A stretch of 50,902 nt of DNA, filler included, from Catajapyx aquilonaris (GCA_000934665.2; 2 parts of 2 records of this genome joined end to end with filler, not necessarily neighbours in it); one strand, 5' to 3'. Positions 14,145 through 25,500 are shown, counted from the whole stretch's first letter. The notes: generated by a model from the sequence alone, not told the origin. A program made the numbers and translations.

Positions 14145-16725
14145 CTATAAGGGCATGACAATACTCGACTTGGAGACAATTGGTATTCCGCAATATGGGC
14201 AGTCCTTGTTGATGGAAGCACAAGAGTCACATAAAACATAGTGATTGCATGGCAGAACCACTACGCTTCGAGTATTATCATCACATGTCATGCACTTTGA
14301 GGCCGTTTGTAGATACAGAATCTGGAATCAAAAGTGTATCAGTCAATTTGATGCACCTTGTCTTAAGACTCTTCTACTCACTTGCTGAATCTCATCTAAA
14401 TCAGATTTCAGCTGAGACTCTAGGGTTTTCAGGACTGGTAGGGGCAGGTATTTCAGTTCTGAGCATCGCCGTAATGTGTGCACATAAGGACCGCCCTGAA
14501 GTTGCTCAACTTCTCTTTGCAATGCTTTGTTTTCAGCAATGACCTGTAGGAATCAAATATACAATTAGCAATAATTATCAACTTCACTCAAATAACCGAG
14601 CAACTGTCCAGCTACTATTGAGGAGGTCTAGCACCATGAACATTGGAAGAAAAGAAGGAGGCTCCGGTTCACAATTGACTTCCAGAACTCTGAATTGCAA
14701 TGCAAAAATTCTACGTCTGGACAAATATTAACGCGCAATACCATGAAGCAGTTTGGAGTAGGGGATATGGTGTCCGACTGCTAATCAGGAGGTCCTGGGA
14801 TCAAATCCCGGGGCCGGCAACTCTGACCGTGGTTTTCTGTGGTTTCCCACGGTCCTTCCAGGAAAATTACGGAGTTGTTTCTGTAATTAATAGGCCACAG
14901 CCGCTTCCTTCCATCCCTATCCTATCCCAAAGAGCACAGTAAAATGAAAGGAGTTCCAGGCAAAACATAAAACTTCCCCCCTAAAGAGCCGACAGGCTGA
15001 TAACGGGGTATGAATTATTATTATTATCATTATTATATTAACGCGCAAATATTTGATCATATGACAATCAAACTAAAACTGATAAGTACTCCCTGCTCAG
15101 AATCCCCCCCATAAAAAAGTGCAATGAAATAAATAAATAAATAAGAAGTGCCAGACATGCACCTTATTTAGAACAGTTTTTAGATTGAACAACCCATAAG
15201 AATGCCCACTTTCAGCCTGCCCTTACACTCCCAATCTGGGAGATTTGTAACACACTTGCACATTAGCTTCGTAAAAAGTGCCTCTAAATAGTAGCAAATT
15301 TTCACACCAAGAAAGTCCCCAGATTTATACGAAGGGCCGAATTTAGAGAGAGGTCCTACACACATGGTTATAGGGTGTTTAACTAACAGTGTGGTTAAGG
15401 CTTTTAACCAACCGCGTAGGCCATCTTTCCCTATAAGCAGCGAAGATATTCTCGATGACCTGCAACACACTGCGCCATTAAATGTATATTTCTTCAAGTA
15501 CAAATGTATGTGTCCGCATGCCCCCAGGCGGGGCCCAACGGACAGGCTTGCATTGTTTCAGAAATAAATTTATGTTGCTTCAACAACTAACACCAGTGTA
15601 ACAACCAAGTAGGAACAGATACGGAACATTCTAAGGTAACAACGTAAGTCAAGTTGAAAAACCATGGCCACAGGAGCAAAAAATCCCTTAATCCTTTATC
15701 TCCCGCGCCCGCACAAATATTTAGGAATACCTGAAAATTTCGAAAACTTAAAATTTGACAATTTTATGCCTGTGCCTTTCTTTTTAATTCTTTTAAACCC
15801 GCAAAAACCCTTTAAAAATTAATACAGGCCATTTTCATTGATATACTTAGCTAATATTATCTTCAGAGAATTTAATGATAATTTATGCAATTTATGGAAG
15901 TTCATTTAAATCGATGGATATATAATTGTAAACTTTTTATAAGTTAAATTCCTTTTGTTAGATGCGGCCCGTCAAATTTTTAAAAATATCTATGCGGCCC
16001 ATGGAGAAAAAGGTTGCCCACCCCTGGTGTATCGGAACAATAACATTCATGGTGAACATCTGATTAGCGATAATAAAAATGTCGTTACTTTGATCATTGA
16101 ATCATGTGCACTTGGTTTTAATTTTAACTCTATTTGCCTTTTGAAACCTGCAGTTTTGCTGCAGGACAAAAATTTCACCCTCTCTTCTCCCTTTCCTTCA
16201 CCACCTCATCACATTCCTCCTCGCCTCCTCCTTCGTTGCCACTGTACAAAATAATCGTGGCAATGCTGTCTATCTAGATATCTAGAAGATAAAAAAATAA
16301 TGGTCATATAGTAGGAGGTATATAAACCATGACTTTACCATAGTCCCTCCTCCCCCCGCCCTACTCCAATGATTTCATGACACGCCATTATTACAGGATT
16401 TGAGGTGGAGTGGCGCTGTGGTAATGTACGCGCCCAGGGATGTTAAGGTCCCGGGTTCGATCCCAGCCCGGGGACACCCCCTTCATCTCGTGCAGAGTTC
16501 AGGGTCACCTCTGGCTTCGTCTCAGGTGGTATTTCCACAGACTAAACCACCCGGGGGAGTTCACTAAAAATGGCCCCCACGTCAGATGCACTGCACTTGC
16601 ACATCCCCTCCTGTCATCCTGCCCGTGGGCCTGGGCGCTTCTCAATGGCTCCAACTTGTACACTATGTACAATCAAATAATAAAGGTCCGTGCTGAACGC
16701 CGAAAGGTGAAGCACTATCCCCACA

Positions 16726-16763
<38 letters not shown>

Positions 16764-19700
16764 TGTACTTTCCGATAACTAAATTAATACTTTTCTGGGA
16801 CTTGCCTGTCAGTTCGGATTACTCCCAAAGGACATGGGTTAACTCCTTATGTAAAAGTTGTCAATTTCTCTGAAGGACAAAGAAAATCTACCGTGACATT
16901 TGGCAGCTAGAGGCGCTCAAAGATTGATTTTCAATGTTGTCAAATCTTGGTGACATTAACACATATTTTAGAGTTCGATGAGCTGAGTCAAATGCGCTAT
17001 GGGACAATTTTCTCTGACAAACCGTTTGGTCGTTATAGTTAGTTGCAGAGCTGTGTAGGTTTACAGCAATACAGGGTGATCCAACTTAATGGCACCAGTA
17101 GTTATTGGAAAAATCGCGCAAGCTGCTTGTTTATAAGCAGGTCGTTGCTAAGAGATGCTTTCTGGCTCTTTCTGGAGAATCGGGAATAGCACCTGCTGAT
17201 ATTAGGTCCAATGCCCATGTAACAATATTAATGAGGGAAAAAAGGGTCATCCGTGGGAAACAGGCCTGTTCTGGTGTTCGCTGAAGGGTTTCACATGAGG
17301 TCACTAGCTGCCAAACCAGAGGCCTAATCCGTCGGAACTGGACAGACCCGTGTGTGTATAAATAGGCCTTCTGGTCTGTTCATTGTTGGCCGCAGTTGGC
17401 GCAACTGAGACAGGTCAACAGGCAGCGTTGTTTAGTTACCAGTCTTAGCACCTGCTGATATTAGGTCCAATGCCTATGCATGTATCAATTAATGAGAGAA
17501 TGCCCAATGCAGACTGTAATGTTAGAACCCAAGAAGCCCTTGGGCGGCCCTCAAACAGGCCCCCTGAGTAAGGCATGTCCTGGTCCTGACTCTACAAGAA
17601 CTATTTATTTACTGGTAACTAAACAACACTGACTGTTGACCTGTCTCAGTTGCGCCAACTGCGGCCAACAATGAACAGACCAGAAGGCCTATTTATTGAC
17701 ACACCCAGGTCTGTCCAGTTCCGACGGATTAGGCCTGTGGTTTGGCAGCTATAGTGACCTCATGTGAAACCCTCCAGCGAACACCAGAACAGGCCTGTTT
17801 CCCACGGATGACCCTTTTTTCCCTCATTAATTGTTACATGGGCATTGGACCTAATATCAGCATGTGCTATTCCCGATTCTCCAGAAAGTATCTCTTATTG
17901 ATCTCTTAGCAACGACCTGCTTATAAACAAGCAGCTTGCTGATTTTTCCAAAAACTGTTGGTGCCGTAGAGTTGGATCACCCTGTATAAATTGATTTACA
18001 ATAGCCTCGACAGGGAGCAGGCGCAAACATTCGATTTTTGCGTCTCTCTGTTTGGGGCGTTGCCAATGCTGGGGGCCATTTTGAAATGTGTGGAACGCCA
18101 ACGAGGTATAAATTGGGTACAGGCAAAAATAGGGTCTGCCATCTTTGATTCGCGCGTGTTCTTGCCTTTCTTGCCATGCAGTTGCCATGGCCGCCACAAT
18201 CATCAAAGATGGCGGACCCCTATTTTTGCCTGTACCCTATTTATACCTCATTGGCGTTCCACACACTTCAAAATGGCCGCCACCCTTGGCAACGCCCCAA
18301 ACAGAGAGACGCGAACATCAAAGGCGCCGACAGAAGTTTGCGCCTCTTATGTAGTATAATAATTATGCTCCCTGGCCTCGACATAAAAAATGTATCACAT
18401 CAGGCTACATGCAAAATAATGGTCCTTATTGGGTACCCTGATAGTCGATGAATACATACACATGAACCATGGAGCCCAACATATTTTACTGCAAATCACA
18501 GTGTTCAATTACCGTATTTACTCGCATATAAGACGCACTTTTTTTCCGATTTTTGTAGCTCAAAAAGTGGGGTGCGTCTTATACGCGTGTGCGTCTTATA
18601 CGGCAGGGCACAACAGGTGAAACCCGTGAGAAATCGTAAATATCGCTTATTGAAAAATTAAAAAAACATCGCACATTCGAATCAGCAGTCATTGTCGCTC
18701 TCCTCGGCCGTTCACACACGTGCAAAATTCCGGTGTGACCTTGCCAGCTATACGTTTCAGATGCGTAGCATTGTCCCATTTTCCACTTGCCCCCCCTTTT
18801 TACTGGATTCTAATGGATTCCACACGCACATGCATTGCACATGCATTGCACACGAGGTTGCTGCCGGCAGCTTGAGGCCAGTTCCCAAACTACGGCAATA
18901 AATCTGGGTGAGTCTTATATGAGTCAACAACCGATTTTCCACGATTTTTCGCCTCAAAACCGGGGTGCGTCTTATACGCGTGTGCGTCTTATATGCGAGT
19001 AAATACGGTATTCAAAAATACATGGCAGGTCCAGAAAAATTACATCATAAAATAAAAATGAAATGATGAAAGGATGAGATACTAAAAGGGACTTGCCATT
19101 CAGCTTAGTAAAGGTGCTCCTCTGCCACATCATCTGGCTCGAATTCCACTCTGACTAGTCCACTTTGCTCTTCTTCAATGTCATTGGTTTCCTCAACCTG
19201 CGGCACTTCAATGACCACTTCTGGTAGTTCATGATTGGCTGCATCTCTCACCACTTGGAGCAATCTGGACGATGGAGTTGGAATCTTCAATTGATGCCTG
19301 GCATGGCCCAGGTACCACAATATGCTGGCTACATCCCAACATCCTCGCACCAGATTTGCACTGGCAGTACCAGCCGTGAACTAACTCTTCGTCATCGTCT
19401 TCCAGGTCAGAATCCTCTTGCTCGACATAGGCAATACACAAGTTGTACTTGGTGGAATTTCTATAGCGATAATATTTTCTTGCTTTGAGAAGTCTTGGCT
19501 CGAGAATATGTCTCTGATAGTGCCCCTCCTTTTGCATTTTGTCATGAACATATGACTTTGTTAGCTTCAATTGGTAAATTCCCATTGTGAGATCCTGGAG
19601 ATACTCTTCCGTTAAAACAGGGAACCCCCAACTCTCATCTTCCTCCATCCTCGTGTCTTTGAGGTCCATCCTTACGTCAAAACTCCCTGCTGGACAACAT

Positions 19701-22700
19701 TAGGAGATTGTGCAATCTAAGCATCCTGCGGCCTAATTCTTCATTGACACCAGTCATTTGAATAGGGGGACAATAAGCGTTGAAAATGGCACAGGCAGGA
19801 AGACGATGACGAACAGTTAGTCCACGGCTGGCACTACCAGTGCAAATCTGATGCGAGGGCGTTGGGATGATGCGCACATGTAGCCAGCGTATTGTGGGAC
19901 CTGGGCCACGCCAGACGTCAATTGAAGATTCCAACTCCATCGTCCAGATTGCTCCAAGTGGTGAGAGATGCAGCCAATCGTGAACTACCAGAAGTGGTCA
20001 TTGAAGTGCTGCAGGTTGAGGAAACCAATGATATTGAAGTTGAGTAAGTTGAGTAAAGTGGACTACTATCCGTTTATTTAATATAGAGCCCTGTGTTTGA
20101 CTCTAAACAACTCCCAGGCAAATTATCCAAAAAAATAAAGTTATACATCGTTCGAAAGCTTGTTTAAATCCACGTTACATATATGCGAGTTGTTTTCCTA
20201 TCATCAGTCTCTAATTTTTTATCGTACAAATAAGGCGGAAAAATGTTATTTTTTTACTAGTTGCCGACATTGCACTGCAAAGCGAATTTTTTATGACACT
20301 TTCAGGAGGCCAAAAAAATCCCCCTGTGAACCCTGGATAGGCTCAAAAGTATTGTTTTAGTACGTTTAATAGAAAAGGACCCAGCACGCTTTCTGGTGGG
20401 AATAGACGGCGATACTTTTAAATATTTTAAACATTTTTAGTGCAATAGAGCGCAATGTAATCTTATCACACACATTTCTGGCTTGCCGTCGATACATTCG
20501 CGAAGTAATTTGGATTATAAACAGCCGAGATAACAGGTGTGCAATTAACTTAATTATGATTACAGAAATGGCAATCTGAATGTTTCAAATACATTAGATA
20601 CATTAGATAGACAAAGATGTGCACTATCCAGGGTTTACATGTAGATTTTTTTGGCCTCCTGAAAGTGTCATAAAAAATTCGCTTTGCAGTGCAACGTCGG
20701 CAACTAGTCAAAAAATGACACTTTTCCGCCTTCTTTTTACGATAAAAAAATTAGAGACTGACGATAGGAAAACAACTCGCACATATGTAACGTGGATTTA
20801 GACAAGCTTGCGAACGATATATAACTTTATTTTTTTGGATAATTTGCCCGAGTGGGGTTTAGTCAAACACAGGGCTCTATATTAAATAAACGGATAGTAG
20901 TCGGAGTGGAATTCGAGCCAGATAATGTGGCAGAGGAGCACCTTTACTAAGCTGAATGGCAAGTCCCTTTTAGTATCTCATCCTTTCATCATTTCATTTT
21001 TATTTCATGATGTAATTTTTCTGGACCTGCCATGTATTTTTGATATTTTGAATAATTGAACACTGTGTGACTTGCAATAAAATATGTTGGGGTCCATGGT
21101 TCATGTGTATGTATTCATCGACTATCAGGGTACCCAATAAGGACCATTATTTTGCATGTAGCCTGATGATATACACTTTTATGTCGAGGCTATTGTAGAT
21201 CAATTTATATTGCTGTAAACCTACACAGCTCTGCAACTAACTATAACGACCAAATGGTTTGTCAGAGAAAATTGTCCCATAGCGCATTTGACTCAGCTCA
21301 TCGAACTCTACAATATGTGTCGATTTCACCAAGATTGGACAACATTGAAAATTGAACTTTGAGCGCCTCTAGCTGCCAAACGGCATGGTAGATTTTCTTT
21401 GTCCTTCAGAGAAACTGACCCTGGGGTCGAGCTTTATCAACTGACCAAGTTTGATCAAAATCCAACGGTGCAACTTTTACATAAGGAGTTAACCCATGTC
21501 CTTTACAGCTTTACTCGTTTCTCGAAAAGTACGACGATTTCAGGAAATCCATTTGGCACCCTTCAAAAAATTGCTATTCTGTAAATTTTAACGTATTACA
21601 TAATTAAACCATCCTCCCCCAAAAAGGGTACTGCCCTCGAAAGGGGTATCGTAATAAACAAATAAATAAATAAAAATAAATAAATAAATAAATAAATAAT
21701 AAAACCATCCTAACAGTTGGCCGGCAGTAAGGTGAAGTGGGGGGGTGAAGTATGTAGCTGCTCTGTGCAGCTACATAGCTAACGCGTTTTGGTGTCGTCA
21801 GCCATTTTCATTCCAATATGGCGGCACAATATGTGCACTTACCCCGGGTGTGCACTTCCCCCACTTCACCTTACTCGAATTTCAGGTTTTTACAGCGGTA
21901 TTTTTGGAAATTAATTTAGGGAGTTCTACACTGTAATTCATGTACAAGCTCTGTCCTGCTTCCGAGCTAGTACATGTGGCCTTAACCAGTACATAGGTAG
22001 GACGCAACCGGTACAGAGCCTCATGTCCTAGCTGTAGCCAGTACACAGATGGTCCACACTTGAAGATGGTACCGAGTTGGTATATTGAAGAACCTTGAGA
22101 ACACGTGTCGACAGGATTTAGGAGGGAGGGGGTGGGGGGACAAAAAAAATATCCCCCCATTTATTTCTGAATCGCTTTTTTTTTTGCTTGAGTGCCTCAG
22201 TGGTCCATCGGCAAAGACTTTGAAAATGACGCAAGATTATCTTTTTTTCCTCCTCCCTCCCTCCGTCTGGGTTTCCCCCTCTAACGGTAACGGTCGCATC
22301 ACAGTCAGTATACGGAATATTGCATGTTCAGTTCAGTTCAGTCCTCAGTGTCGCTCAGTCTGCAGCAATGGACAGTGGATACAGTGTATGTGCGGTGACT
22401 GATAGGAATCACAAGAATTGCACCTGGACATGTGGCCAGCGCATATTGTGAAGGGCCAGAGTGCTACCTACGACTGCAAGAGTGCAAGGCCTATATGGTT
22501 TTGGGTGCAAGTCAGAACAAGGACTATGACATCAGCATCTTATTTTTGTTATTTAACATGTGATTTTGTATATTTATTTAGGGCCAGTTGCACCGACCTC
22601 AGTATATCTTAGAACCTCGGGTATATCAAGAATTGCCATAGCAATCATTGTTGGTCCACAATGATTGCTATGGCAATTCTTGTTATACCCGAGGTTCTAA

Positions 22701-24795
22701 GATATACTGAGGTCGGTGCAACTGGCCCTTATATAGATAAAATAAAGTGTAAATGGGTCATTTAAGTTCCGTGTGGAAGGTTAATTATTTATAATTATGT
22801 GGTTTTTTTCCCCTTCAATTGGCAGGGCGGGGCGGGGTGGGGGTGTCTTGACGTCACCGTTGATGACATATACATTGGAGGTGGGGGGCGGCAATAAGAG
22901 AAGGGGGAGGGGTGGTGGTGGTGAGAAAAGGGGGAAGGGGTTCGGGTAGTTGGGGAGGGGGGAATTCGAATTTTTTGCCTACGCAGCTGCACGGGCACCT
23001 GCGGACGTTTACGACAGGTACCGGTTGCTAGCCAGGACATCAGCCAGTACCCAGACAGTATTTTGTGATCACAAAATACCGCCTCCGAGCCTGTACATGA
23101 GCCGGTACATGAATTACAGTGCATGGGAGGGAAATTGTTTTCAACACATTCATAACATTTTCCCTGAATGGTTAAGTAGAGCTGTTATTATTAGTGAAAT
23201 ATCTTGTTCGTATCTTCAGTGCACGAGTAAGCGGAAAACTCGGTGGTGGCGGGTATAGCTGGTACCTGGCGGTCGAGTTCTCAGTGCCTAGATTCGAGGC
23301 GGCTGGGCCTCAACGAGTTAATCACAGTCATATGATCCTAATGCAAATGCCAGTCCTGACACAGCACAAAGTACGGGCCATCCGTTACCATGTTTTGCAT
23401 TTCATCTTTGTATACATCCCCCAGGATTAATCTAATCCATATTCTACTTCATCCCCAAGTATGGAATCATCAACTTGGGCAGAGAAACACCATGTATGTC
23501 TGGTATGCTACACAGGATATTCCTCATGCAGCTAATGCTAAATCAAACTTAATTCCTTAAACCATGCCTCGATGATGATGCTAAAATGATGTTGCGAACT
23601 TTTACTTCAGCATAGGACCAGACATTTCCCTACCTCAAGCAACTCTGGGAGTCTGTGTACAGTGCTAGACATTAATTCAGTCGTAATGCAAGTGGCATCT
23701 TCCGATGCTGCAGAAGTGCAAAGCGAATTGATGGGAGGGGTACCGTGTGAGCAAGAAACGGTATGCCTTGAGGGATGTCACCGGCTGGGGACCATCCTCT
23801 TCTCCCATTGCCCGCAGCTGGTGACGTTATACAAGGCCCACCATTTCTTATTCGCACAGCTCGCACTCCATGAATTCACTTAGCACTTCTGCCGCATCGG
23901 AAAATGTCGCTAGCAGTACAACGGAATTAACGTCCAGCACTGTACATGTACAGAGCTGGACATAAATCGAGGCAACTGCCAGCGACATTTTCCGAAGCGG
24001 CAGAAAAAGGAATCTTGCTCGCCCTGCTTGCAGTATGCTTATCTTTGATTCCTTCTTCTGCCGCTTCGGAAAATGTCGCTGGCAGTTGCCTCAATTTATG
24101 TCCACCACTGTACTATATCGCTCAAAAACATTAGACTATTTGCATTGAAACCAGATACGAAATCATCATCTTTTGAGCGACATATTACATCAGGAATTAT
24201 TATTTTTTTGCCTACTTTGATGGGCATTGTGACTTGGACTGTTTACTGTCAAAAGATCCAGGCCTCCAGAAAATATTAATTACTGCTTATGCTTGTCTAG
24301 TGAATCTATGAATGACTGAAAAACCAGGGGCAGCACGATGTAGTAGCTACCATCACTTTCTTTGTCTGTCTCCCACCCCGAAATCCTGCCTGGTTTGGGT
24401 GACCCTGCCAGTAGATGAACCTACCCCAGGCACAGCTCTCGGGGTCATCGAAGAATGCAAGAAGCCCCCCCACCATGTCACAATGAGAACAATTGCCCAC
24501 ATTGGCAATACGGCATAGTGGTGGTTCGAGCCATAGCCTTCCACCTCAGAGGCCCATTGTTCAACCCTCAAATTGGAAACAGTATTTTCTTATGTGGAAA
24601 AAGATTCCATGGATTCTCACAAGGTGACGAAAAACTAACCTCATCCTTCTGACGTTCGACTATTTTTGTCTTCCTTACAGCTTCATCAGTCTGCCGTTTC
24701 CACATTTCACATGCACCTCTGGCCTGCACGATCCCTTCTTCCCATGATGCTAATTTTGCCTGATTTGCTGTGAGTTCTTGCCTCAACCGCTGGAC
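14145..24795 (-). CDS. unk: RING finger protein unkempt (CCCH/RING RNA-binding protein), last three coding exons; 5' part beyond contig break
   Basis: Exon 24795-24640: VQRLRQELTANQAKLASWEEGIVQARGACEMWKRQ..., like UNK RLRQEL..WEE..QAKQACDAWK. Exon 14543-14382: VIAENKALQREVEQLQGGP...LKTLESQLKSDLDEIQQ. Exon 14321-14145: ILYLQTASKCMTCDDNTRSVVVLPCNHYVLCDSCASINKDCPYC..., stop TAG. All introns are phase-0 GT-AG (10.1 kb and 60 bp). Confidence 0.9.
14739..15034 (+). mobile_element. tRNA-derived SINE (family B) with (TTA)n tail
   Basis: 14-bp TSD ATATTAACGCGCAA (14725-14738, 15035-15048). B box GGATCAAATCC. 3' end CTAAAGAGCC..GGCTGATAACGGGGTATGAA(TTA)n is shared with 38947-39026. Confidence 0.85.
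15960..16026. mobile_element. hAT (Charlie-like) end remnant
   Basis: Repeated ATGCGGCCC subterminal motifs ending GGTTGCCCACCCCTG. The other end was not identified. Confidence 0.4.
16395..16763 (+). mobile_element. tRNA-derived SINE (family A)
   Basis: A box TGGCGCTGTGG, B box GGTTCGATCCC. Body CCCGGGGACACCCCCTTCATCTCGTGCAGAGT is shared with 9397-9793. (TTA)n tail. Confidence 0.85.
17072..17984. mobile_element. Tc1/mariner foldback MITE (nested)
   Basis: TA-CAGGGTGATCCAACT ... AGTTGGATCACCCTG-TA with ~370-bp complementary arms. The empty site CAGCAATATAAATTGAT is preserved in the host's opposite arm (~21200). Confidence 0.88.
18011..18374. mobile_element. P-element-like palindromic MITE (nested)
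   Basis: CAGGGAGCA ... TGCTCCCTG with 7-bp TSD GCCTCGA and an internal ~105-bp inverted repeat. The empty site ATAGCCTCGACAT is in the opposite arm (~21181). Confidence 0.75.
18512..19008. mobile_element. pogo/Tigger-like MITE (nested)
   Basis: TA-CCGTATTTACTCGCATATAAGACGCAC ... GTGCGTCTTATATGCGAGTAAATACGG-TA, with repeated GGGGTGCGTCTTATACGCG. The empty site is in the opposite arm (~21050). Confidence 0.9.
19105..19796 (-). pseudogene. C-terminal part of a SWIM-finger transposase (frameshifted)
   Basis: Fragments ACAIFNAYCPPI..., FPVLTEEYLQDLTMGIYQLKLTKSY..., GWYCQCKSGAR..G / VASILWYLGHARH. Combined with the inverted copy at 19797-20065 they give GWYCQCKSGARxLGCCAHVASILWYLG, a SWIM CxC...CxH motif. 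Confidence 0.75.
20066..20897. mobile_element. Long-TIR MITE with TA TSD (nested)
   Basis: TA-CTATCCGTTTATTTAATATAGAGCCCTGTG ... CACAGGGCTCTATATTAAATAAACGGATAG-TA with ~275-bp TIRs. The empty site GGACTAGTC is in the opposite arm (~19153). Confidence 0.85.
21616..21701 (+). mobile_element. 5'-truncated retroposon tail with (AAAT)n
   Basis: 10-bp TSD AAACCATCCT (21606-21615, 21702-21711) flanking a short GC-rich stem followed by (AAAT)n. Confidence 0.7.
21929..23121. mobile_element. CACTG-ended (EnSpm/CACTA-like) non-autonomous element
   Basis: TIR CACTGTAATTCATGTAC ... GTACATGAATTACAGTG with subterminal GTAC-containing repeats at both ends. Flanks are TA / CA. Confidence 0.6.
22581..22728. 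mobile_element. PIF/Harbinger (Tourist-like) hairpin MITE
   Basis: TTA TSD. GGGCCAGTTGCACC ... GGTGCAACTGGCCC. 71-bp arms with one mismatch and a 6-nt loop. Confidence 0.9.
23660..23942. mobile_element. Tc1/mariner MITE
   Basis: TA-CAGTGCTAGACATTAATTC ... GAATTAACGTCCAGCACTG-TA. Related to the adjacent element. Confidence 0.75.
23951..24110. mobile_element. Tc1/mariner palindromic MITE
   Basis: TA-CAGAGCTGGACATAAATCGAGGCAACTGCCAGCGACATTTTCCGAAGCGGCAGAA ... TTCTGCCGCTTCGGAAAATGTCGCTGGCAGTTGCCTCAATTTATGTCCACCACTG-TA. Confidence 0.88.
24355..24490 (-). mobile_element. RTE-clade retrotransposon 5'-UTR-like fragment
   Basis: Minus strand reads GGTGGGGGGCTT..GCATT..CGATGACCCCGAGAGCTGTGCC..CTGGCAGGGTCACCCAA..GACAGACAAAGA. 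The motif order resembles the 5' UTR of RTE elements (Expander/Rex3, Bov-A), recognised from memory. Confidence 0.55.
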
Positions 24796-24916
24796 CTGTT
24801 AAGCACAAACATTCTTTACTCCACAGAAGAACTACACAATGTAATCTAAGTGTATCACTGACTACATGAAAACCAAGCACACAACTGTGAATGCTCAGCT
24901 CTCCATCTATTTTATC

Positions 24917-25400
24917 CAGGGCTGCAAAAATAAACGAAACAACACTGAAAGAACCGAAAGTCCTGCGTTTCTGTTCACAGAAACGAATCTGGAACCGAAA
25001 CTAAATGCAGGAACAAAATGCTGGAAATGAAAGTCAAGGAAACTAAATGCAGGAACGAAATGCTGGAAATGAAAGTCAAGGAAACAAAACTTCGGGTTCT
25101 AGAAACGAAACAATTCGGGAATCGAAAGTGATTTAGGTAACCATTGACATGGTTACTGAACCGATTTGGTTTCATTTCCTGTGACATGAGCTATGGCGTA
25201 GCTGTAACCAGCGTGTCGTTCCATTGCGGCCGCGTTGGGACGTACCGGTACCTGCGGTGCTGGCTGCCCGTGGTGAAGGAGGCCGACTTTCGACTCATGC
25301 TAGTGTTCTCGCCATGTTATTTATTTCCGTTCTCCTAACGTGTCACGGGCTTCACTGTTCGGACGGGTTTGTGCCATGGAGGCAGTGGCGGATCGAAAAA
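24917..25400. mobile_element. hAT-like element end with 42-bp direct repeat; cut by contig end
   Basis: Starts CAGGGCTGC. Two tandem copies of GAAACTAAATGCAGGAAC(A/G)AAATGCTGGAAATGAAAGTCAAG at ~24997-25080. Confidence 0.45.
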
Positions 25401-25500
25401 NNNNNNNNNNNNNNNNNNNNNNNNNNNNNNNNNNNNNNNNNNNNTTAATTAATTAANNNNNNNNNNNNNNNNNNNNNNNNNNNNNNNNNNNNNNNNNNNN
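25401..25500. other. Artificial contig-joining spacer
   Basis: 100-nt N-run with central TTAATTAATTAA (stop codons in all six frames). Confidence 0.95.

Larger units (their letters stand above)
16827..21504. mobile_element. Palindromic Kolobok-like DNA transposon derivative with four nested MITEs
   Basis: Termini AAAGGACATGGGTTAACTCCTTATGTAAAAGTTG ... CAACTTTTACATAAGGAGTTAACCCATGTCCTTT. Once insertions are removed, the arms stay complementary to ~19404 / ~19797. AAAGG/CCTTT ends resemble Kolobok (TTAA target), but the TSD is degraded here. Confidence 0.75.

Noticed and set aside
14357..14381. Alternative unkempt donor AAG|GTGCAT
   Set aside because: Adds 25 nt (frameshift) and leaves a 35-nt intron.
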